NCBI GenBank assembly: GCA_902491765.1 | Contig: CABUIY010000007.1 | Location: 5,204-69,203 of the forward strand | From: an uncultured Collinsella sp. | Lineage (GTDB): Bacteria > Actinomycetota > Coriobacteriia > Coriobacteriales > Coriobacteriaceae | DNA length: 64,000 bases | Direction of reading: 5' to 3' | Part shown: in pieces, positions 46,846 through 56,507 of the stretch | How positions within the stretch are numbered: the stretch's first letter is position 1 | Layout: each line of letters begins with the position of its first letter | Translations under genes and position numbers: made by a program | Notes under the pieces: generated by a model | Seen by the model: only the letters and a program-made list of their open reading frames with translations | Told to the model about the DNA's origin: nothing | The model's database searches: none

Positions 46846-47367
46846 CTATCTGCCACCCTCGACCCGCTTGGCCATCCAGGCGTGGGGCTGACCTTCATCC
46901 TCGTAATCTACCGGCGCGATCTGCGCGTAACCCGCCTTGGCATAGAGTGGCAGCACGTATTCCTGCGCATGCAGTTTTATGAGCTTGGCACCGGCATCAC
47001 ACGCAGCGGCATCACTGGCCTCGACGATCTTGCTCGCCAGACCGCGACGGCGCATGCTCGGCAGCACAGCCACGCGCCCCATAATGTAGGTCTCCCCCGC
47101 CACAACGCCTTCGTCCATGTCGCATGCCGGCAACACCGGGGCCTCTGCGTCAGCCACGCGCTCAAGCTCTTCGGGAAACACGCGCGAGCAACCGGCAAGC
47201 TCGCCGTCTACATAGAGCGTCACATGAATGCAGTTCTGATCCTCGTCGATAGCGTCGAACTCATTCTCGTAGCCCTGCTCGTCCATAAAAACGACGCGGC
47301 GCACCAACGCCGCATCATCAAAGCATCCCGTCTTAAGTTGGATATCCATGGCTGCCCTTTCATTCAA
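46846..47367 (-). CDS. GNAT-family N-acetyltransferase
   Basis: Acetyl-CoA-binding motif RVAVLPSMRRRGLASKIV; about 170 aa. Confidence 0.8.
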   Translation of the reverse strand: MNERAAMDIQLKTGCFDDAALVRRVVFMDEQGYENEFDAIDEDQNCIHVTLYVDGELAGCSRVFPEELERVADAEAPVLPACDMDEGVVAGETYIMGRVAVLPSMRRRGLASKIVEASDAAACDAGAKLIKLHAQEYVLPLYAKAGYAQIAPVDYEDEGQPHAWMAKRVEGGR

Positions 47368-47388
47368 TGCGAACGTTAGGGACAGATA

Positions 47389-48039
47389 TTAGCGAAAATG
47401 AGCTCCGCGCACGCTAAACTTCGCGCGAGCCTTCGCCAGGCAATCGTAATGACCCACGTTATGGGCATCGCTCGCGATGAAGCTGTACAGGTTCTGATCG
47501 AACAGGCGCTGTGCCGGCTTTTTCTCGCGACCAAAGCGACCGCCGGCAATAAAGTCCGCCGAAGCCTGCAGCTTGCAGCCCATATCGACCAGGCGCTCCG
47601 CCACGCTTACATCCTTTTGAACCGCACGATAGCGCTCAGGATGAGCGATGATCACATGGTAGCCACGGCACTGCAAATCGTAAATCGTGTTCTCGTACTC
47701 TCTAAACGCATACGCATCGGCATGCGTCGAAAGTTCGAGCAGAAACTCGTTGGTCCCATCGAAATGCAAGTGCTCCGCGGCATCGATACCAAGCTCAACG
47801 AGCTTTCGATGGTTGACCTCGAAGCCCATCTGGAGCGGAAAACCGTCAGCGTTATCACGCAGCAGCTCAAAGGCATCCCACATCTTGTCGTAATCAAAAT
47901 AGGGATCACGGCAGTGAGGAGTGCAAACGATTCTGGTTACACCGGCCCGCTTGGCAGCCTCGAGCATCGCCAAGCTCTCATCGAGATCGGCGGCGCCGTC
48001 GTCTACACCCGGCAAGATATGGCAATGAATGTCACGCAT
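47389..48039 (-). CDS. PHP-family protein-tyrosine phosphatase (CpsB/YwqE type)
   Basis: MRDIHCHILPGVDDGA...TPH...AHPERY...SDAH metal-binding motifs. Confidence 0.88.
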   Translation of the reverse strand: MRDIHCHILPGVDDGAADLDESLAMLEAAKRAGVTRIVCTPHCRDPYFDYDKMWDAFELLRDNADGFPLQMGFEVNHRKLVELGIDAAEHLHFDGTNEFLLELSTHADAYAFREYENTIYDLQCRGYHVIIAHPERYRAVQKDVSVAERLVDMGCKLQASADFIAGGRFGREKKPAQRLFDQNLYSFIASDAHNVGHYDCLAKARAKFSVRGAHFR

Positions 48040-48056
48040 AGGTCAGCCTTAATCAA

Positions 48057-48794
48057 CTAAACGTTTGCTCGGTTGGTGAAGATGCCCTTTTTGGAAGTCC
48101 CCTGATCGTCGGAGCCCTTCTTCACCTTCTTACCGTCCTTGGTGTAGTAGGAGTAGTAGTACTCGCTGGTCTCGGTCTCGCAGTAGTTCATAACGGTACC
48201 GATGAGCTTGACCTTCTCGGACTTCTTAAGCTGACCGATGGCGTTGAGCGCCTCCTCGCGCTTGGTGAAATCCTCACGCACGACAAAAAGCGCACCGTCG
48301 GTCAGACTTGCGATCTCGGCAGCATCGATGAAAGTGCCGACCGGGGGAGCATCAAAGATGACGTACTGGAACTTGGCGGACAGTGCCTTTACCAGCTTGG
48401 CAAAGCGGTGAGAGACGATGATGTCGGCAGGATTGGGAATATGCGGCTCGGCATCGAGGAAGTAGAAGTTCTTCTGACCCGTCTCGACAATTGCCTGGTC
48501 AATGGAGATCTGCTCGGAAAGAACCGCATAGAGTCCGCCGCGCGAACGAACGCCGAGCATATCGGAAAGGGACCTGCGGCGCATATCGGCCTCGACCAAG
48601 AGCACGGACTTGCCGCTCGTGGCGATTGCCTGAGCAAGGTTAATGGAAACCGTAGACTTGCCCTCGTTGGGAATCGAGGACGTGACGGTGATGGTGCGAA
48701 TGGGGTCGTCCACACTCGCAAAGCGGATGTTGGCCAGAAGGGTCTTGGCGGCATTCTGTACAACGAGCTTATCGGTGTTCTTTGCCTTAGCCAT
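48057..48794 (-). CDS. BY-kinase (CpsD/CapB/YwqD-type protein tyrosine kinase)
   Basis: Walker A is SSIPNEGKST and Walker A' is LLVEADMRR. A C-terminal Tyr cluster reads SEYYYSYYTKDG. Confidence 0.9.
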   Translation of the reverse strand: MAKAKNTDKLVVQNAAKTLLANIRFASVDDPIRTITVTSSIPNEGKSTVSINLAQAIATSGKSVLLVEADMRRRSLSDMLGVRSRGGLYAVLSEQISIDQAIVETGQKNFYFLDAEPHIPNPADIIVSHRFAKLVKALSAKFQYVIFDAPPVGTFIDAAEIASLTDGALFVVREDFTKREEALNAIGQLKKSEKVKLIGTVMNYCETETSEYYYSYYTKDGKKVKKGSDDQGTSKKGIFTNRANV

Positions 48795-48796
48795 GC

Positions 48797-49453
48797 CTAT
48801 TTACCACCTTTCATAGCCGGAATTCGGCCAACAACGGGAATGCCCAGGAGCTCTTCTGCCTCTTCGGCGCCGCGGATGCGGGTATTGAGCATGTCTGCCA
48901 AAACGACATAGGCAACTGCGATAAAGATGCCCGCGAGGAACGCGACAGCAACGTACAGCATACGCTTGGGACCGCTGGGGGCTTCGGGGGTCTTAGCCTC
49001 GTCGATAACGTTGATGCTCTGGGCAGCGCCGACGTTCTGAGCGACCGTACTCACCGAGCTGGCCATGGCCTTTGCGACCTTAGCCGTCTCCTTGGCATCG
49101 GTGCCGGTAACCGAAAGCGTAATGACACGCGTGGTGGTCTCGGAGGAAACAGACACCTTGTAGTCATCCAGATCGGTGAGGCCCAGTTCATTGGCTGCGC
49201 CGCTCTTAACGCTATCGCTATCCAGCAGCGTGGCGATATCGTTGGAAAGCATCTGGCTCGCCGAGAGATCGTTGTAGCTCATCTGACCGCTATCGTCGGT
49301 CTTGGCGAGAATGTACATGCTCGTCGTCGCGGTATAGGTGTTGTCCATCGCAACGAAGGACACGATGCCCATGGCGATCGCGCAGACCACCGGAAGGGTG
49401 ATGACCAGCTGAAGGTGCTTCTTCAGCAGCTGGAACAGTTCGAGAAGGGTCAT
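48797..49453 (-). CDS. Wzz/CpsC-type chain-length determinant (kinase modulator)
   Basis: 218 aa with TM helices at both ends. It lies immediately upstream of the BY-kinase. Confidence 0.8.
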   Translation of the reverse strand: MTLLELFQLLKKHLQLVITLPVVCAIAMGIVSFVAMDNTYTATTSMYILAKTDDSGQMSYNDLSASQMLSNDIATLLDSDSVKSGAANELGLTDLDDYKVSVSSETTTRVITLSVTGTDAKETAKVAKAMASSVSTVAQNVGAAQSINVIDEAKTPEAPSGPKRMLYVAVAFLAGIFIAVAYVVLADMLNTRIRGAEEAEELLGIPVVGRIPAMKGGK

Positions 49454-49648
49454 GCAGCTTGCCTTTCATTTCCCCAGTTCGGATTGACAAAACTGTTCGT
49501 ATGTTATCGCATCTTTTTACCGAGACCAAACTCTATACATAAGAAACAGGCTCTCCTGTAAAAATGTCGGAAGCAATCGTAAAATTGCACAACAACGCCG
49601 CACCCGAAAGTCAAATGCGGCGTCTGCATCAATATCTATGTTGTATCG

Positions 49649-51073
49649 CTATGCGAATGGCTCGTCCTGCCGTATGGGAAACGTCACCGTAATGGTGGTT
49701 CCCACGCCCAACTCGCTCGACAAATCGAGCGTGGCGTGATGATACAGGGCCGCATGCTTGACAATGGCAAGCCCCAGACCGGTTCCGCCGCGCGCCTTGG
49801 ACCTACTCTTGTCCACGCGATAGAACCGCTCAAATACCTTGCCCTGTTCTTCAGGCGCGATACCGATTCCCGTGTCGGCGACCGCGAGGAACGGATGGCC
49901 TTCGTCGTTGGTGCCGCACTGCAGCGTAACCGCACCGCCGGGTCGATTGTAGCGGATGGCGTTGCTCGCCAGATTATAGATGAGCTCGTCAATCAAGCGC
50001 GACACGCCTTCGATGACCACAGGCTTGGTCTCATGACTTATCGTCACATTCGCCTGACGGGCGACCTGTTCAAGACGCTGCTCAACCGCGTAGATGGCAC
50101 GCGAGAGCTCAATAGGCTCCGTGGAACCAATGGGCACCGCCTCGCCCTCAGTTGCACGCTCGGCCTCGTCCAAGTTAGACAGCGTAAGGATGTCGTTGAC
50201 GAGCGCTGCCAAGCGGCCCGCCTCACGATAGATGCGACCGCCAAAGTTGCGCAGGTCGCCCTCGCCCTCGACCATGCCGTTTGCGATGAGCTCGGCATAG
50301 CCCGAAATCGCCGTAAGCGGCGTCTTGAGCTCATGGGTGATATTCGCCGTGAACTCGCGGCGCATACGGTCGTTGTCCGCTAGCACCGCCATTTGGCGCT
50401 TGAGTTCCTGGCGCTGCGACTCGATACGCTCAAGCATGGGGACCATCTCGGCATAGGCGTGCTCATAGCTACGGCGTGGGTGGTCCAAATCCACCTCTTG
50501 CAACGGCGCGATGATGGCACGGGACTCGCGGCGCGCCATAAAAAACGAGAGTACCGCACCCGCTGCTGCGATAAGCAGCATCGGCGCCACCATCGACAGC
50601 AAAATCGCCGCAACGCCAGGCTGGGCCTGCGCCAAGCGGACAACCTGGCCGTTATCAAGGGCGACGGCGCGATACAGCATAATCTCGTCGAGCGTAGAGC
50701 TTGCGCGCTCCGCGGAACCCAAACCACTCTCAAAGGCCTCGATGACCTCGGGGCGATCGCCATGGTTGGGCAGTGTGGAAGGCGACGCCTCGTTGTCGTA
50801 GGCAACCGATCCATCCTTGTTAATCAGCGTGATTCGCAAGTCCTCGCGATCGAGACTACGCAAGAACGGGATGGGCTCCTGCTGTTCGTCGAGAGCGGCA
50901 GCAATGAGCTCGGTTTCCTGCGCCAGATTGGTACTCGTGGCATCCGCCAAGGTGTTTTGCACAAAGAACGCACCCAGCACCGTAAACGCCACGATAACCG
51001 CCATGGCGCAGACAAAGATCGTCACAAAAACGCGGTGCGACAGCGTATGTTTTCCCTGGGGGGCGAAGACCAC
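49649..51073 (-). CDS. Sensor histidine kinase, PhoR-like
   Basis: Two TM helices, HisKA FTANITHELKTPLTAISGYAELI, and a HATPase_c domain. It lies downstream of a PhoB/PhoP-like regulator and pstB. Confidence 0.85.
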   Translation of the reverse strand: MVFAPQGKHTLSHRVFVTIFVCAMAVIVAFTVLGAFFVQNTLADATSTNLAQETELIAAALDEQQEPIPFLRSLDREDLRITLINKDGSVAYDNEASPSTLPNHGDRPEVIEAFESGLGSAERASSTLDEIMLYRAVALDNGQVVRLAQAQPGVAAILLSMVAPMLLIAAAGAVLSFFMARRESRAIIAPLQEVDLDHPRRSYEHAYAEMVPMLERIESQRQELKRQMAVLADNDRMRREFTANITHELKTPLTAISGYAELIANGMVEGEGDLRNFGGRIYREAGRLAALVNDILTLSNLDEAERATEGEAVPIGSTEPIELSRAIYAVEQRLEQVARQANVTISHETKPVVIEGVSRLIDELIYNLASNAIRYNRPGGAVTLQCGTNDEGHPFLAVADTGIGIAPEEQGKVFERFYRVDKSRSKARGGTGLGLAIVKHAALYHHATLDLSSELGVGTTITVTFPIRQDEPFA

Positions 51074-51076
51074 GGG

Positions 51077-51805
51077 TTACTCCTCCGATGCGGTGGCCGC
51101 GGTGTCGTCACCTTCGGCACCATCACCGGCAGAAGGCTCGGCCAAGCGGTAGCCCACGCCGCGCACGGTCTCGATGGCGCTGGCATGCTCGCCCAGTTTT
51201 TGGCGAAGCGTCTGCACGTGCACGTCAACGGTGCGCGAACCGCCGTCGAAGTCCCAGCCCCACACGCTCTGCAGCAACGACTCACGGGTAAAGACCACGC
51301 CGGGCTTGCGCATGAGGTACTCGAGCAGGTCGAACTCGCGCAGGGTGAGCTTAAGCGGCTCGCCGGCAACGGTCACCTCGCGATGGCTGGGCGAGAGCAC
51401 GATGTCGCCCACGCTGAGCACATCGCTCGCCTGCTTGACCATGCCGCCGCGACGCAGCAGTGCGCGGCAGCGGCTCGCAAGCTCCATGAGCGAAAACGGC
51501 TTAGTCAGGTAATCGTCGGCACCGCCATCGAGCGCCATCACCTTGTCGAGCTCGGTATCCTTGGCGGTAAGCATCATGATGGGCACCGTCGCCGTCAGGC
51601 GATCGGCACGCAGTCGACGCATAATCGCCAAGCCATCGGTATCGGGCAGCATGATGTCGAGCAGGACGGCATCGGGTACCCGTCGCGCCACGGCAGCCTT
51701 AAACTCACCGTCGCACGAAAAGCCTTCGGCCTCAATCCCCTGCTTGCGCAGTGCATAGACCGTCAAATCCCTGATGTTGTCATCGTCCTCGACGTAATAG
51801 ATCAT
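51077..51805 (-). CDS. OmpR-family response regulator, PhoP/PhoB-like, with an acidic C-terminal tail
   Basis: MIYYVEDDDNIRD...LLDIMLPDTDG...KPF...winged helix. The start was set at the ATG at 51803-51805. Confidence 0.88.
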   Translation of the reverse strand: MIYYVEDDDNIRDLTVYALRKQGIEAEGFSCDGEFKAAVARRVPDAVLLDIMLPDTDGLAIMRRLRADRLTATVPIMMLTAKDTELDKVMALDGGADDYLTKPFSLMELASRCRALLRRGGMVKQASDVLSVGDIVLSPSHREVTVAGEPLKLTLREFDLLEYLMRKPGVVFTRESLLQSVWGWDFDGGSRTVDVHVQTLRQKLGEHASAIETVRGVGYRLAEPSAGDGAEGDDTAATASEE

Positions 51806-51869
51806 GTTGAACCCCTTTGCGGCCGGCATGACCGCATCTTAACCCTAAAGGTACCTTTACTAGATGGTA

Positions 51870-52760
51870 TCAGCCAAAACGTCCCGTCAAATAATCCGCC
51901 GTGCGCGGATCGGTCGGATTCTTGAAGAGTTGCGCGGTGGGCGCGTGCTCCACCAGCTCACCCAGCAAAAAGAATGCGACCGAATCGGAGATACGCGCCG
52001 CCTGCTGCATATTGTGCGTAACGACCACGAGCGTGCAGGTCTCTTTGAGCTCACAGGCCAGCTGCTCCACCACCAGCGTCGACACAGGGTCGAGTGCCGA
52101 GGTCGGCTCGTCCATCAGCAGAATGTCGGGCTGCACGGCAAGTGCGCGGGCGATGCACAGACGCTGCTGCTGGCCGCCCGAAAGACCCAGACCCGACTCT
52201 TTGAGCTTGTCCTTGACCTCATCCCATAGCGCAGCGCGACGAAGGGAGTCCTCGACCAGCTCATCCAGCGCAGCGCGATCGCGCACACCCATACCGCGCG
52301 GACCATACGCGACGTTGTCGTAGATGCTCATGGGAAACGGGTTGGGGCGCTGGAACACCATGCCCACGCGCTGGCGAAGGCGGCAGATGTCGTAGTCGCC
52401 CAGGATATCTTGACCATCGAGCGCAATCTTGCCCTCGATTCGGCAGTCCTTGATGCCGTCGTTCATGCGGTTAAAGCAGCGCAGCAACGTGGACTTTCCG
52501 CAGCCCGAAGGCCCGATGAACGAGGTAATCTGCTTGTCGCGAATCTTGATATTCACGTCCTTGAGCGCATGGTGGTCGCCATAGAACAGGTCGAGGCCCT
52601 CAACATCGATGCGCGTCGGCGAGGCGGCAAGATCCTCTGCCGTGGGGCGAGTCGCATCCCCAACCTCGCGCTCGTGCGCGGCCTCGGCCTGCGCTTTCAT
52701 GAGTTCTTCAAGCTCCGTGGGCTCCACTGCCGCAGCAGCCGTCATACCGCATACCTCCAC
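51870..52760 (-). CDS. pstB: Phosphate ABC transporter ATP-binding protein PstB, with an N-terminal ~40-aa extension
   Basis: [59 protein letters not shown] and [11 protein letters not shown] are present, with a PstB-type C-terminus. No pstS/C/A genes are in the window. Confidence 0.88.
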   Translation of the reverse strand: MEVCGMTAAAAVEPTELEELMKAQAEAAHEREVGDATRPTAEDLAASPTRIDVEGLDLFYGDHHALKDVNIKIRDKQITSFIGPSGCGKSTLLRCFNRMNDGIKDCRIEGKIALDGQDILGDYDICRLRQRVGMVFQRPNPFPMSIYDNVAYGPRGMGVRDRAALDELVEDSLRRAALWDEVKDKLKESGLGLSGGQQQRLCIARALAVQPDILLMDEPTSALDPVSTLVVEQLACELKETCTLVVVTHNMQQAARISDSVAFFLLGELVEHAPTAQLFKNPTDPRTADYLTGRFG

Positions 52761-52848
52761 ATCGATATCAATTCAGCAGTATCGATAGTAGAAATCGCGG
52801 CTCATATGCACGTGAGCGCATTGTCAAGTGTTTGTAAGGGCACGCTGG

Positions 52849-54087
52849 CTATGCGGCGGGCAGCTCGATGGTGAATATCGTGTGTTCGGGCGTCGATTCA
52901 CATGCAACGGTACCACCGTGCGCGCATACGATCTCCTTGGCAATAGCAAGGCCCAGACCGGCAACACCGCGATTGGTCGCACGCGCCGCATCCAGGCGAT
53001 AGAACTTCTCAAAGATCACCTTGAGCTTAGCCGCAGGGATAGGATCGCCCTGATTGATAAAGCGCACGCGCACGCCGCCATCGTCTTGGCGCCCGGCCTC
53101 AATCGTGATAGTCGAGCCCTCATAGCTATAGGCGACGGCGTTTTTCATGATGTTGTTGAACACGCGGGCCATCTTGTCGCCATCCACGAGCACCGTCAGG
53201 TCCTCGCGAATATCAACTTGGACTTCCTTATGCTGCTCGTTGAGGATGGGATAGAACTCGTCAGCCACCTGAGCCAGCAGCAACCCCAGATCAACATAGC
53301 CGCGCGTGAGCACGATATCGTGGAAGTCAAAGCGCGTGATATCGAAGAACTCTTCGATGAGCGTATCGAGCCGGTGCGCCTTGTCGAGCGCCACGCCCGT
53401 AAAGTGCGCACGTTGCTCAAGCGGCAAATCGGGAGCCTCCTGCAGGAGCGAAAGATAGCCCACCACGCTGGCGAGCGGGGTGCGTAGGTCATGTGCCAAG
53501 TACGTGACCAGATCGTCCTTGCGATGCGACTCGTCACGCAGAGCTTGTTGCACCTTGCGCTCACGGTCACGCACGCGGTTAAGGGCGCCCTCGACCTCCA
53601 AGAAGTCGCCGTCGATGTTGTCCCAGGTGTCGGGGTGATCGATCAGGCGATCTTGAATACGAGCGGCCAGCACACAATCGGCATGCTGCTCGCCCTGCTC
53701 GTAGCCCTGGTAGTACAGGGCGCGGCCGCACAAGAACAGCACGCACACGGCAAGCGCCAGCACAAAGCCAAGCATGTTGAATACAAAGCCGGCATCAAAC
53801 AGCACCGGCCCTTCGATGCCGCCGAGCGCCATGGCGCCAATCGCCAACGTCATGGCCCACGCGGCGCCGCCAATCACCACGCAGCGGCACACGATCTCAA
53901 ATCGATCGATCAGCAAAAAGCCGACAAGCAGCACCGCCAAGATTCCGACGATGTTGTCGATGCCAATCAGCAGCAGGCTCAGCAAAAAGAGCAGCACCGT
54001 TGCAAGCGCGCGGTTGTCGACGACCGACCTCACGTATTCAAAGAGCCGATCGGGCACCTCGAACGCTTGCCTATCGTCTTTTGTCAT
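52849..54087 (-). CDS. Sensor histidine kinase, VanS-like
   Basis: The HisKA region LTYLAHDLRTPLASVVGYLSLLQEAPDLPLEQRAHFTGVALDKAHRLDTLIEEFFDITRFD closely resembles my memory of VanS (A type). The start is at MTKDD (54085-54087). Confidence 0.8.
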   Translation of the reverse strand: MTKDDRQAFEVPDRLFEYVRSVVDNRALATVLLFLLSLLLIGIDNIVGILAVLLVGFLLIDRFEIVCRCVVIGGAAWAMTLAIGAMALGGIEGPVLFDAGFVFNMLGFVLALAVCVLFLCGRALYYQGYEQGEQHADCVLAARIQDRLIDHPDTWDNIDGDFLEVEGALNRVRDRERKVQQALRDESHRKDDLVTYLAHDLRTPLASVVGYLSLLQEAPDLPLEQRAHFTGVALDKAHRLDTLIEEFFDITRFDFHDIVLTRGYVDLGLLLAQVADEFYPILNEQHKEVQVDIREDLTVLVDGDKMARVFNNIMKNAVAYSYEGSTITIEAGRQDDGGVRVRFINQGDPIPAAKLKVIFEKFYRLDAARATNRGVAGLGLAIAKEIVCAHGGTVACESTPEHTIFTIELPAA

Positions 54088-54113
54088 ATCAAGATCCTCA
54101 CAAGCGAAAAGCG

Positions 54114-54809
54114 TTATTCGATGATGTAGCCGACGCCCCAGACGTTTTTGATAAAGCGTGGCTTTTGTGCGTCGTCGCCGATCTTTTCGCGCAAGTGGCG
54201 AATATGCACCATCACCGTATTGTTGGAGCCGGGCATAAAGTCCTCGTTCCACACCGCGCGGAACAGGTCCTCCACGGCCACCACGCTGCCGCGATGCTCG
54301 ACCAGATACAGCAAGATTGAATACTCGGTGGGCGTGAGGCGAACCGGTGAACCGTCTACTGTCACGGAACGAGCATCGCGGTTGATCTCCAAGCCGTCGA
54401 GCTGAATGGTCGGCGACTCGGCCGCCTGTGCACGGCTACCGTAGCTGGTGTAGCGGCGAAGCTGAGCGTGCACGCGCGCGATGAGCTCCGGCGGACGGAA
54501 CGGCTTAACCACGTAATCGTCCGCGCCAAGCGAAAGGCCCCCGATCTTCTCTTGCTGGGCATCGCGCGCCGTCAGCATGATCACGGGATAGGTATGGCTG
54601 GAACGGATCGTACGCAGCAGCTCAAACCCATCGATATCGGGCAGCATGACATCAAGCAGCGCCAGATCGAACTCCTGCTCCAAAATCGCCTTGGCAGCAT
54701 CGGCCCCGCTATAGGCAATCTGGACATCAAAGCCCTCTTTTGTAAGGCAGATGCCAACCAAGTCGGCGATGGCCTTCTCGTCATCAACTACCAAAATGCG
54801 CTCGTTCAT
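54114..54809 (-). CDS. OmpR-family response regulator, VanR-like
   Basis: ILVVDDEKAIADLV...DLALLDVMLPDIDG...HTYPVIMLTARD...GADDYVVKPFRPPELIARV...VHIRHLREKI...NVWGVGY tracks the VanR sequence as I remember it. Confidence 0.8.
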   Translation of the reverse strand: MNERILVVDDEKAIADLVGICLTKEGFDVQIAYSGADAAKAILEQEFDLALLDVMLPDIDGFELLRTIRSSHTYPVIMLTARDAQQEKIGGLSLGADDYVVKPFRPPELIARVHAQLRRYTSYGSRAQAAESPTIQLDGLEINRDARSVTVDGSPVRLTPTEYSILLYLVEHRGSVVAVEDLFRAVWNEDFMPGSNNTVMVHIRHLREKIGDDAQKPRFIKNVWGVGYIIE

Positions 54810-54895
54810 GCGTGCTCCTCTCGCGCTCCATTATGCCTGAGGCGACGCACGCCACACACAACAAGCGTGGGTGATTAAGCCGGCCTTAAGCACCC

Positions 54896-56347
54896 TTGTG
54901 CCCGTTCAGGTGCGGATGTGGGCCAAGCGCGCACGCGATGATCGCCGACGCCGGCAAACGATATACTCTAGTTCCAGAAGAGACCATCCCGTCGAAAGCG
55001 AAATCCGTGAAGTCCCTCACCTCTTTTGCAAAGCGCTCAGCCCAGCTTGCCGCCGGCTTTGTCTGCGCTATCGCCCTTGCCGCTGGCGCGCCCACCGTCG
55101 CCGGCGCCCAAGTGCTCACGACCGACAATGTTTGCGGCAAAACCGCCGATGCGCGCGGCATCACGGCCGAAAACCTGCCCGATATCGATGCGACCAATGC
55201 CCTCGTCATGGGCAAAGACGGCACCGTCTACTATGGGCGCGGCGCCGATGAGCAGGTCAAGATTGCCTCGATCACCAAGGTCATGACCGCAATCCTAACC
55301 GTCGAGAATTGCAAGATGGACGAGAAGGTCACGGTGAGCAACGCCGCAGCCACCGTGGGTAATTCGACCGCCGGCTTGCTCGAAGGCGACGAGCTTACCG
55401 TGGAGCAGGCACTGCGCGGCCTGATGATTCCCTCGGGCAACGACGCCGCCATCGTGCTCGCCGAATATGTGGGCAAGAAAATCGACCCTAAGACCAAAGA
55501 CGCCGAGGCCACATTTGTGAAGGCCATGAACGAGCGCGCTAAGAAGCTCGGCTGCACCGGTACGCTTTTTGAAAACCCGCATGGTCTGGACTTTGATGAG
55601 TGGGCTGGCGATATGCACTCAACCGCACACGACGTAGCGCTGATGATGCAGGAGGCCATGAAAAACGACACGATCCGCGAGGTCGTAGCGAGCGAGGATT
55701 CCTGGATCGAGGTCACGGGCGCCGACGGCACCGACCATTCGCATTCCATGGACACGCATAACTATTTGCTGGGCCAAGATGGCAACATCGGTGGCAAGAC
55801 TGGCACCACCGACGATGCAGGCTATTGCTTTACGAGCGCCTACAACCGCGACGGCGACGAGATCTACACCGTTATTTTGAACTCCACCACCACCGATCAG
55901 CGCTTTACCGATACCGCCGCCCTTGCCAATTGGTACTACGGTCACAAGGTGACGGTCGCAATCGCCAACACGCAGGAAAAGACCGCCAACGGCAACCCGC
56001 TTATGGCACGCATTAGCCAGACAGATTGGACGGACAAGACGATCGACGCCACGCTCGCCGACCCCGCCGCACAGGCAACGGTGTTCTCACTCGCCGGCGA
56101 AGTGACCGAAAAAGTTAGCTACGATGACCTTTCGGGCACGGTGCATGTTGGCGACAAGGTAGGCAGCGTTACGCTCAAGCAGGACGGCACCAAGGTCGCC
56201 GTCATGGACTTGGTTGCCGACGAGGAAGGCACAGGGCCGAATCCCATTGAATGGCTCCTCGTGAAGCTCGACCGCCTGGGCCGCCGCATCGACAACCGCC
56301 CGCTCACAGCCGAGAGCGAGACCGTAGCCAAGGCTCCCGAGGTGTAG
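54896..56347 (+). CDS. Secreted D-alanyl-D-alanine carboxypeptidase (S11, PBP5/DacB-like) with a C-terminal extension
   Basis: SxxK is ASITK, SxN is PSGND, and KTG is GGKTGTT. The signal-peptide-like stretch KSLTSFAKRSAQLAAGFVCAIALAAGAPTVAGAQ suggests a real start near the GTG at 55007 or the ATG at 54937. Confidence 0.85.
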   Translation: MCPFRCGCGPSAHAMIADAGKRYTLVPEETIPSKAKSVKSLTSFAKRSAQLAAGFVCAIALAAGAPTVAGAQVLTTDNVCGKTADARGITAENLPDIDATNALVMGKDGTVYYGRGADEQVKIASITKVMTAILTVENCKMDEKVTVSNAAATVGNSTAGLLEGDELTVEQALRGLMIPSGNDAAIVLAEYVGKKIDPKTKDAEATFVKAMNERAKKLGCTGTLFENPHGLDFDEWAGDMHSTAHDVALMMQEAMKNDTIREVVASEDSWIEVTGADGTDHSHSMDTHNYLLGQDGNIGGKTGTTDDAGYCFTSAYNRDGDEIYTVILNSTTTDQRFTDTAALANWYYGHKVTVAIANTQEKTANGNPLMARISQTDWTDKTIDATLADPAAQATVFSLAGEVTEKVSYDDLSGTVHVGDKVGSVTLKQDGTKVAVMDLVADEEGTGPNPIEWLLVKLDRLGRRIDNRPLTAESETVAKAPEV

Positions 56348-56375
56348 GGCTGGGGGAACATTACATTTGAGATTG

Positions 56376-56404
56376 GAGAGGCGTCCAACGGGCGCCTCTT
56401 TTTG
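56376..56404 (+). terminator. Rho-independent terminator of the carboxypeptidase gene
   Basis: GAGAGGCG tccaacgg CGCCTCT followed by TTTTT. Confidence 0.8.
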
Positions 56405-56507
56405 AATACCTCTTAAACGGGATGCGTCAGAATCACCAAAGCGACATTGCTAGCCGTTTACCTTCGCTGTGTCTTTTCGGACCTTGAAAACGGGTCCACC
56501 GGGCATG

